Of a DNA stretch of 24,181 bases, positions 17,801 to 24,181 are shown piece by piece (position 1 is the first letter of the stretch; each line of letters opens with the position of its first letter). The stretch covers positions 1-24,181 of IMG/VR virus record IMGVR_UViG_3300012667_000936; one strand, given 5' to 3'. A program made the translations under genes and the position numbers. The DNA is from a virus (lineage: Duplodnaviria > Caudoviricetes). The notes beneath the pieces were generated by a model. That model did no database searches. It was given only the letters and a program-made list of their open reading frames with translations, and was not told the origin of the DNA.

Positions 17801-20098
17801 AACGTCTACATGATAGACCCAACAACTGGTGCTATTGACTCAACTACTACTATCAGTGAAGATGGTGATGTGTATGCTAACAGCATTTCCACACATAACT
17901 CTTCTGGCGGCATTGCTATTGTGGGTGAGAAATATAACGAGTATCGTGAGTTTGGAGCTTTAACAATGTTGGCTACATACAACGGTTACTTTGACATATT
18001 AAAAACTGAACTAGACGAAGAGCACTATCCTGGAGCACCGTTTAACTACTATGGCGATTTTTGGATTAGTGGTACTGGCATTACTGGGCAAACACAAGTT
18101 ACCAACGTAAACTACTACCAAAATCTATCTACTACTACTAGAGAAGGTAGTGGGGCAACATTTAACATTACTGCCAACGACGGCGATCCTGGCATTTATA
18201 CAGTTACCATTGCTAATGGCGGCGCAAACTACCTAGCAGGACACAAGATTTTAGTGTTAGGAGAAAACCTAGGCGGCACTACTCCTGCTAATAATTTAAC
18301 TCTAACTGTAGCCTCTGTTAGTAGCGGTGCTATCGCAACTTTAGACGCTCCATCTGGAACTGCCGATGGCGGCGCCCTAACAACTTATAATAATGTGCCG
18401 GGTTCTAATCTAAATGTAGGCAGTGGATTGACTTTAGATATAACAGTGGATGCGGCAACTGGTTCACGAATTGCCAACGTTAACCTTGGTGGCAATGACT
18501 ATGTGGCCAACGATGTGGCAGTCATTCCAGGTACAGTATTTGCTGGCGGGGCAACACCTACTAATGATGTTGAAGTAACTATAGTTAGTATTGGGGAGGC
18601 AGGCGGTAACGTAACCAGTGCGGTTACAGCAGGTACAACATCAACAGATACTATAAGAGTACAAGTAAGTGGTATTGACTTTACTGCGGTCGGCGGTGCG
18701 TGGACTATGCGTCAGAACTTGGGTGGTGAAGCATTTGTCTGGACACCTAATTGGACTAACGCTATTGGTGGTCCAAGCGGCGACAGATTCATGGATATAT
18801 GCTGGGAAGACGCTGGTACAGCCTTGTACGCTGTAGGTCGTGGTGTTTACGAAGTTGCCTACACACAGGCATTGGTAGTTAAGTTTAATGCCACAACCGG
18901 TGCTGTACTTTGGAGCCAGGACATTAAGTTCTCCGAAGCAGGTACTAACAATAGAGAAGCCCGTGCGGTATGTTTAGTTCCAAATAGCACAGATATTATT
19001 GTAGCAGGTGTTTGGTACAACCCCGACAACGATGGTGGCAATGATGAACTTATTCTAACAAGAATGACAGATATAGGTGAGGCAGTGTGGCAAAAGACCT
19101 ACTCACCGAACTTCGATGGAAATAATTTTGACGTGGACTATGAAATTGGCCTCAAGTCTATTGGCAATAATATTGTTTTAAGTTTTGAGCAGAGTACTGA
19201 CGACAACAGCCAAGGTTTGGCCTATATAGTTGTAGACACTAGTGGTACCGTTGTTCGACATAGAGTTGTAAGTAGTGATGGAAATTCAAACTACAACTAC
19301 TACGACACTCCTACTGCCAACTGGTCCGACGTCTACACAGATGAAAATCTCGACCAGTATATTGTTATGGCTGCTCACACTTATGTACCAACAGACAGCT
19401 CCTACAATGCTTTATTAATGAAACTGCCATTAGATGGTCTTATCCAAGACTTTGCTATAGGAGAGAGATGGAGTATCGGCGAGCACATCATGAATCGTTA
19501 TGACATTGATGTGACAACTGTGACTTCAGCATTTGACTCATTTACACCAACTGAGCATGTTGATACAATGACCAACACGCTAAATGCTCGCAACTATACA
19601 ACTAGAGCTCCAGACGGGGAACTCAATGTATGGACATATACCATTACAGATGATGCGGCTGGTTATCTAGAGTTCGGTGATGGATCAAAGCAGAGTTTTG
19701 CCACTAACATTATTCCACAGATTCCTGCTGCCAACGACTACTGGCTCACTACACAAGATTCAGGCAAGCATATATTCTTTGAACACGAAAACGGTAATGT
19801 GTATATTCCGCATAGCAGTGTTAGATACTTCCCAGTAGGCTTCGTCTTTACTATTGTTAATACTACTAGCAGCGATTGTTATTTGTACAGTCAAGATGGA
19901 GATTGGGCACGAGCCGACTTCAAATTAGCAGGACGCAATCTTTCAGGCACTGCTATAGGTATTCCAGATAGTGGTTCAGGTAGCATGGTCACTGTGATGA
20001 AGATCAAAGATGGCTACACAATGAGCAACAGCGAAGACGACGACACTTATTCAGACATTTGGATAGTTAGCGGCCCTGGCGATCTATTTCTAGATTAA
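14846..20098 (+). CDS. Large acidic tail fibre / receptor-binding protein (~1750 aa) with beta-propeller repeats
   Basis: Start at ATG 14846 after AAGGA (14792 in the track is a non-ATG upstream extension). GLTFPDGTTQTTA fibre motif; Asp-box-like YSSDGTSW, YTTNGTIW, WTDDAGDTW, TTTDFVTW; blades ending VWVKQI, LWSQDI, VWQKTY; fibre-type C-terminus L...DSGKHI......IP......FPVG....IVN...W.VSG.G. Confidence 0.8.
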   Translation: MAIKPFEIQSSTLTIGGVNLEAGTTSVVIPGVTQATSYRVEEVDDRDGDNPDIFGSDVNAVTVIDHAEYLYQSGETTPSGSYDAASYSVDELDDGEIEEINVEYDGVFLSADVANIDRGNMWATTVADPLLSFNANDWTEIPFRPKMRAGEVENVGGGSSDLGNLEIDGAMITTDGGSDVDSYIAFTAYSGPDVEDPDIMAIGTNNGKDVYITTDSGQTNFKFNSTNGLTFPDGTTQTTAYTGQTDSTDNTSYTGGEPLFVIVNTSGESAYSSDGTSWTQVPRFQIEGDDLGLDRVALANNYIIYIDSDDNLYYAAEPGVTPTAVDISSFPSGTYNWDDVETNGTTTVAVGAYNAGESNDVPVFAYTTNGTIWTLGNTDSGYQASMAGSRFTSVDYNGTGWLMVAGGDDDNAGAFYTTNLSALLSEGQFIDFTSNGLANIGDYDYVVWTGANWFLRNDVSGPEGPSDGDQKLYVSSGSNPLESTWTEINLTTILESYDYDLTGGGFYEMVGGNSKFMIGSGEGHVLWTDDAGDTWNGVIPKAYTGSITALTAGTSTVITGITRTTGGSDWSNTPVELQDFEKIIISGAVPSQFDGTYYLEKHGIPSGLQTAVNNTTNANWVPGEYLAIAVEDFTVDITVGDSNDINTINIDVEGTTLFGADHVFIIPGAALGGTTGVDDLLVKPSGFNANSTIEYYMYTNKARTAELDSSGFDPFTSATFTLNRGTFIDSVGFGLNKFLIGNDDEQIFTTTDFVTWIKVDDQENDFEYWDDISYNSQWGATATASNAIPNTKRGWINLVGDRPNNDEDAWFESVVIHGGYAYVLGSDDYIDNSNNRSKVYKFDLATGEQVWVKQITAGRDAYFDLTVAADVVTIDRIVTTGTGYKVGEEIVILGSQITGSDPQNNVTLVVDSIDVDGGVATVSVKPGYDVNGLTGTFTNINSYYDDARGDNCAIAYDEFNNKLVVVAQYESGRGDVAVDGYWTWANVYMIDPTTGAIDSTTTISEDGDVYANSISTHNSSGGIAIVGEKYNEYREFGALTMLATYNGYFDILKTELDEEHYPGAPFNYYGDFWISGTGITGQTQVTNVNYYQNLSTTTREGSGATFNITANDGDPGIYTVTIANGGANYLAGHKILVLGENLGGTTPANNLTLTVASVSSGAIATLDAPSGTADGGALTTYNNVPGSNLNVGSGLTLDITVDAATGSRIANVNLGGNDYVANDVAVIPGTVFAGGATPTNDVEVTIVSIGEAGGNVTSAVTAGTTSTDTIRVQVSGIDFTAVGGAWTMRQNLGGEAFVWTPNWTNAIGGPSGDRFMDICWEDAGTALYAVGRGVYEVAYTQALVVKFNATTGAVLWSQDIKFSEAGTNNREARAVCLVPNSTDIIVAGVWYNPDNDGGNDELILTRMTDIGEAVWQKTYSPNFDGNNFDVDYEIGLKSIGNNIVLSFEQSTDDNSQGLAYIVVDTSGTVVRHRVVSSDGNSNYNYYDTPTANWSDVYTDENLDQYIVMAAHTYVPTDSSYNALLMKLPLDGLIQDFAIGERWSIGEHIMNRYDIDVTTVTSAFDSFTPTEHVDTMTNTLNARNYTTRAPDGELNVWTYTITDDAAGYLEFGDGSKQSFATNIIPQIPAANDYWLTTQDSGKHIFFEHENGNVYIPHSSVRYFPVGFVFTIVNTTSSDCYLYSQDGDWARADFKLAGRNLSGTAIGIPDSGSGSMVTVMKIKDGYTMSNSEDDDTYSDIWIVSGPGDLFLD

Positions 20099-20107
20099 GG
20101 AAAACAC

Positions 20108-21055
20108 ATGAGTATCATACAATCATTTATAGGTACTAATCTTACCATATCCGCTGACGGCGGAGGTGGTGGTGGAGGTGGAGATCCTGTAGCAGACTTT
20201 ACTATCGAGTGGTTTCAGAAAGTTGAATACAACGGTCAGAATAGTCGTCCGTGGAGTATAGGTCTATATCCTACACAGAGTATTGCCATAAGTTATGAAG
20301 GGCATATCAACGACTACTATTGGATTAATAACTCTGCGATTGGCAACGTAGCACAGGTTCATGCCGGCTCAGGGTGGGAACACATGGCTTTTGTACGAAG
20401 CAGTGGCGTAGTCTATGGATATAGAAACGGCTCACAATATTTCTCAGTGCCATTTAATAGTCCTATAACCGACTCTTCCTCACTATTCTATGTGGGCACA
20501 GGAGAAATGGCCGCGGGCATGTACCAAGGTTATCTCACTAACCTACATGTTATGAAAGGTGTAGCCAAATACACTGGCAACTTTACTCCAACTACATCGC
20601 CTATAGTTGCTACTACAGGCAGTGTATTCTTAATGAATACCCATACTGCTCCAACAGTGTTTGACGATTCTGCCGGCGGTAAGATTACTGGTAGTGTAGC
20701 AGGGCCACCACAGTGGTCTAGTGATAGTCCGTTTACTGCTGCCGGACCTTATGTTACTAACGAGTACACGTTGTCAAACCAGGGAATTAGTAGCATATAT
20801 GTAGTCAAATTAACAAATCCAAATACATTAAATGTTAAGCCTGGTTGGCTAGTAACTTCCGCTAACTATAGCGGAACAGTAACATCAGTTACTGATCCAG
20901 CCGGTGACTACTATGCTGTTACTATGACCAATATTATTGGAACACTTGATAACGAGATAGCAACCTTTACACAGCCAGGACTCGGTAGTGTTTATTTTGA
21001 CAGTAGCAGATTTGTTGCCTACGCCGCTAGTACTGACTGGGCTATGGATGCATAA
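20108..21055 (+). CDS. Concanavalin A-like/LamG domain protein, probable fibre-tip adhesin
   Basis: AAGGA RBS. Short N-terminus plus Gly8 linker (20159-20182), then DFTIEWF, WEHMAFVRSSG....YRNG and GYLTNLHVMKGVAKYTGNFTP. Confidence 0.8.
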   Translation: MSIIQSFIGTNLTISADGGGGGGGGDPVADFTIEWFQKVEYNGQNSRPWSIGLYPTQSIAISYEGHINDYYWINNSAIGNVAQVHAGSGWEHMAFVRSSGVVYGYRNGSQYFSVPFNSPITDSSSLFYVGTGEMAAGMYQGYLTNLHVMKGVAKYTGNFTPTTSPIVATTGSVFLMNTHTAPTVFDDSAGGKITGSVAGPPQWSSDSPFTAAGPYVTNEYTLSNQGISSIYVVKLTNPNTLNVKPGWLVTSANYSGTVTSVTDPAGDYYAVTMTNIIGTLDNEIATFTQPGLGSVYFDSSRFVAYAASTDWAMDA

Positions 21056-21066
21056 AAATAAAACGG

Positions 21067-21072
21067 TAAATA
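21067..21072 (+). promoter_or_regulatory. TAAATA putative late promoter
   Basis: GGTAAATATATAAAAGAGAG in the 35-bp intergenic gap, 18 nt before ATG 21091. Confidence 0.6.
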
Positions 21073-21090
21073 TATAAAAGAGAGCGAATT

Positions 21091-21645
21091 ATGGCAATTC
21101 AAACAATCAATATAGGTAATCAGGTAAATGACGGGTTAGGCGACGACTTACGGTCTGCGTTTCAAAAAGTCAATGCTAATTTTGCCACATTAGATTCCGG
21201 GTTAACTATCACTGCATCCAATTTAGGTACGACTGGGGCAGGAGTGTTTAAAGAAAAGGTTGGAGCAGATCTACAGTTTAAACGATTAGTTTCGGGAACT
21301 AAAATATTCCTAGACGAGTATGCCGATGCTATTATTATTAATAATCAACAACCGGACGGGTTTGTAAGAATTGACACCAACCTCGGAACTGTGTTAGGCA
21401 ACGACTTTATCAATATTACACTAGAAGGCGCAAACGGTGCAGAAAATATTACTACATCTGTCGTTGACAGCGTTATTTCTATCGATACTACAATTCCAGT
21501 AAAACAAATATTAACAACATTCGACTTTGGGTATATTAATGGGTCGCTTGAGTATGCTACACAGCTAGTATTAACCACAGCTAATGTTGATTTCGGAACC
21601 ATTACTAATCCCGGAACTATTAATTTAGATCTAGGGGCTGCATAA
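21091..21645 (+). CDS. Small virion protein with gp9/gp10-type N-terminus
   Basis: IQTINIGNQVNDGLGDDLRSAFQKVNANF; ASNLG..GAGVFKEKVG.DLQFKRL; C-terminal DFG.I/DLG repeats. Confidence 0.8.
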   Translation: MAIQTINIGNQVNDGLGDDLRSAFQKVNANFATLDSGLTITASNLGTTGAGVFKEKVGADLQFKRLVSGTKIFLDEYADAIIINNQQPDGFVRIDTNLGTVLGNDFINITLEGANGAENITTSVVDSVISIDTTIPVKQILTTFDFGYINGSLEYATQLVLTTANVDFGTITNPGTINLDLGAA

Positions 21646-21654
21646 GGATCTCAA

Positions 21655-24105
21655 ATGGCAATCACTTGGGTAACTCCTGCAGGAAGTTTGGGGATTATTG
21701 TTGAGAGAGTAATCTTAGATATTCCTCTATCTGCTATCTCGTCATCATCGGGAACTGTTACATATAGCTTAATTGCAGGACAACTACCTAGAGGTCTGCG
21801 ATTGCAGGGCAATTCTATCAAAGGTAGCCCAACAGAGGTAAACCGATTTACTGAGAAACGCTTTGTAATTAGAGCCTCTAACGGAAGTGATATCGAAGAT
21901 CGAACATTTTCACTATCAGTCGATGGGGCAGATATACCTACATGGATCACCAACGAAGGGTTCTTAAAAGTTGGTGACAATAATGCATATTTTGTCTTAG
22001 ATAATGCGTATGTTAATTTACAACTAGAAGCAGACGATACTGATTTAAATGCCGGTGATGGTCTTTCGTATTACTTAATTCCCGCTGGTGGCGAATTGCC
22101 GCCGGGCCTTTCTCTTAGTAGTACTGGCTTAATTTCTGGATTCACTGATCCTATATTTGCAGTCGACTATCAAGAAACTCCTACAGGAGCGTACGACTCT
22201 AACGGATTCGATATTACTCCATTAGACGTTGCTTCAGCAAGAACAAACGGGTATGATAGTTTCTTCTACGATACTACAATATTTGACTACAACGAACCAA
22301 ACCGTTCTCCAAGACGATTAAGTAGGTTCTACACATTCATCGTTGCTGTAACAGATGGCATTAACGAAATCCGAAGACTATTTAGAATTTGGGTAGTTAC
22401 CGAAGAATTCTTAAAATCAGATAATACTCTGCTACAGGTAGATACAAATTTATTTCAGGCAGACGCATCTAGTGATAGAGTACCTCTATGGATTACTGAG
22501 AGTAATCTCGGAAGATACAGAGCCAACAACTATGTAACTATCTATCTAGATGTATATGATCCACCTAGTCTCACTGGTACTATATCATATTTCTTATTAG
22601 ATACAAACCCTGACACGTCTCCTAGTGTGTTACCACCTGGTATGGTATTAGATACTATCACTGGAGAGATTGCTGGCAAGGTTCCTTATCAAGCAGCAAT
22701 AACAAAGTCGTATCAGTTTACCATGCAGGCTGTAAACTTTCCGATTACATTGTCTAGTGAAAATTATACACTTGTCGGAGACTGGAATAGCTCAACTACA
22801 TACCTTGCTAATCAAGCTGTAAGATTTAACGGATTCATATATGTAAGTATACGGACTCATCGAAATATATTGCCAACTGACACAAGCTATTGGAATTTAG
22901 GTGTAAGTACTTCCGAGAAAACATTTACTGTAGATATCATTGGCGAGATTGAAAGTGCCATTGAATGGATATCTGAGTCCGATCGCGGAAGCATTAAACC
23001 AAATCAAGCTAGTACATTGAACGTCGAAGCACGAAGTATGTTGTATGGCGGGAAGGTTGTTTACGAATTCGTAAGTGGAACATTACCTCCTGGATTGTCT
23101 TTATTATCAACTGGAATTATCCAAGGCAAAGTAAAACAATTTGCAGACGATCAAGGCGACGGTCTTACACGGTTCTTTGATACCGAAGACACAGATATTA
23201 CCTACAATACTACATTCGATACAGGCACTACTAGTTTTGATCAAAAGTTTACCTTTACGATTAAGGCTAGAGATTCTGCCAACTTTGCAGAAAATATAAA
23301 AGAATTCTTCATAACAGTAATAGCAAACAACACAAAGACATTTGCTAATTTATACGTTAAAGCATTCCAGACAAAAAATAAACGATTGGACTGGTATAAT
23401 TTTATTACCAATTCTGATGTATTTAGATCAACTGATGTTTATCGATACGGTGATCCAAACTTTGGGGTCCAGTCCGAAATAAAAATGTTAGTGTATGCAG
23501 GCATCGAAAGTGTTAGTGCTGTTCAATACGTGCAGGCAATGAGTAGGAATCACTATCGTAAGCAAATGCGATTCGGTGATGTTAAATATGCAGTGGCCAA
23601 GGACTTGGTTACACAAGAGCCGTTATATGAAGTAGTATACGTAGATGTTATCGACGAATACGAAAAAAACGGAAAGAGTATTAGCAGTTCAATTGAATTA
23701 TCAAATTCTATTAATAGCCCTGTACTAGTAAGCTACGATGCAATTAAAGTCGATAGCGATATTCCATTCTCAAGTGATAAAGATCATCAACGAGTATTTC
23801 CAAATAGTTTTAAAAATATGAGGAATAGGATTAAAGGCATTGGTGAAAGAGATAGAGAATTCTTACCCCTGTGGATGAGAAGCATTCAATCAGATAGTTT
23901 TGTAGAAACCGGATTTGTTAAGGCATTAGTGCTTTGCTATACCAAGCCCGGAACATCTGCAGGAGTTATGTCGAGAATTAAGGCTACGGGATTCGATTTT
24001 AAATCTATCGATTTTACAGTAGACAGATACATAATAGATATTTTAGACAACGAAATAGAGGATAAATACCTTGCATTTCCGCAACGTGGAGAAAAATTAC
24101 CGTGA
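21655..24105 (+). CDS. Putative Ig (He_PIG-type) repeat structural protein, probably baseplate, with a CBM5/12-like insert
   Basis: AAGGA RBS. Four LP.G(L/M).L...G.I.G units (LPRGLRL, LPPGLSL, LPPGMVL, LPPGLSL). WNSSTTY..NQAV.FNG.IY...YW insert at 22783-22896. C-terminal LPLWMRSIQ motif. Confidence 0.8.
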   Translation: MAITWVTPAGSLGIIVERVILDIPLSAISSSSGTVTYSLIAGQLPRGLRLQGNSIKGSPTEVNRFTEKRFVIRASNGSDIEDRTFSLSVDGADIPTWITNEGFLKVGDNNAYFVLDNAYVNLQLEADDTDLNAGDGLSYYLIPAGGELPPGLSLSSTGLISGFTDPIFAVDYQETPTGAYDSNGFDITPLDVASARTNGYDSFFYDTTIFDYNEPNRSPRRLSRFYTFIVAVTDGINEIRRLFRIWVVTEEFLKSDNTLLQVDTNLFQADASSDRVPLWITESNLGRYRANNYVTIYLDVYDPPSLTGTISYFLLDTNPDTSPSVLPPGMVLDTITGEIAGKVPYQAAITKSYQFTMQAVNFPITLSSENYTLVGDWNSSTTYLANQAVRFNGFIYVSIRTHRNILPTDTSYWNLGVSTSEKTFTVDIIGEIESAIEWISESDRGSIKPNQASTLNVEARSMLYGGKVVYEFVSGTLPPGLSLLSTGIIQGKVKQFADDQGDGLTRFFDTEDTDITYNTTFDTGTTSFDQKFTFTIKARDSANFAENIKEFFITVIANNTKTFANLYVKAFQTKNKRLDWYNFITNSDVFRSTDVYRYGDPNFGVQSEIKMLVYAGIESVSAVQYVQAMSRNHYRKQMRFGDVKYAVAKDLVTQEPLYEVVYVDVIDEYEKNGKSISSSIELSNSINSPVLVSYDAIKVDSDIPFSSDKDHQRVFPNSFKNMRNRIKGIGERDREFLPLWMRSIQSDSFVETGFVKALVLCYTKPGTSAGVMSRIKATGFDFKSIDFTVDRYIIDILDNEIEDKYLAFPQRGEKLP
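24063..24068 (+). promoter_or_regulatory. TAAATA putative late promoter inside the end of the upstream CDS
   Basis: GATAAATA 33 nt before GTG 24102, followed by GGAG at 24088-24091. Confidence 0.5.
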
Positions 24106-24181
24106 CATCAGCAATAAATTATACAGCAATCAATGAAAACTTCCCTGTAGCAGGGCAAGACAACGACACACAGGTATTCAG
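24102..24181 (+). CDS. Start of the next structural protein (3'-truncated)
   Basis: The GTG overlaps the TGA of the previous gene (GTGA) and has GGAG upstream. Reads MTSAINYTAINENFPVAGQDNDTQVF..., open to the window end. Confidence 0.7.
   Translation, partial: MTSAINYTAINENFPVAGQDNDTQVF

Noticed and set aside
7677-21980. Numerous 60-160 aa minus-strand ORFs inside structural genes
   Set aside because: Expected from the codon bias of long Gly/Thr/Val-rich sense genes; no independent support.
1-24181. Stop-codon reassignment (no called gene ends in TAG)
   Set aside because: Genes are uninterrupted under the standard code with near-complete coding density. TAA preference in AT-rich DNA and the small sample explain it.
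1-24181. tRNA, rRNA, introns, inteins or IS elements
   Set aside because: No intergenic gap exceeds about 80 bp and none looks like a cloverleaf. I recognised no transposase, homing endonuclease or intein motifs by eye.

Overview
This is a gene-dense, AT-rich segment of a large tailed phage genome (T4-like or jumbo myovirus-like) read with the standard genetic code. The left ~4.3 kb (+ strand) is an accessory/early block: a 5'-truncated QueD-like gene, a small membrane protein, a GT-A glycosyltransferase, two hypotheticals, the UV endonuclease UvsE and a flotillin-like SPFH protein. Sigma70-type promoters lie in this block and a bidirectional terminator closes it. Two small minus-strand genes follow (a Lys/Ala/Pro-rich protein and a Cys-rich putative Zn-binding protein). 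From 5067 to the end is a + strand virion baseplate/fibre cluster: a 2464-aa mosaic protein, several paralogues with a T4 gp9/gp10-type N-terminus, a ~1750-aa acidic beta-propeller fibre, a LamG adhesin, an Ig-repeat protein and the start of another structural gene. A TAAATA motif (putative late promoter) precedes five of these genes. The most notable signal is three phycobiliprotein-like C-x-R-D helical modules inside the 2464-aa virion protein. Also notable are a QueD with two Zn-ligand His replaced by Tyr, an apparently circularly permuted LamG domain, and leaderless starts. All family calls come from motif recognition by eye; no searches were run.
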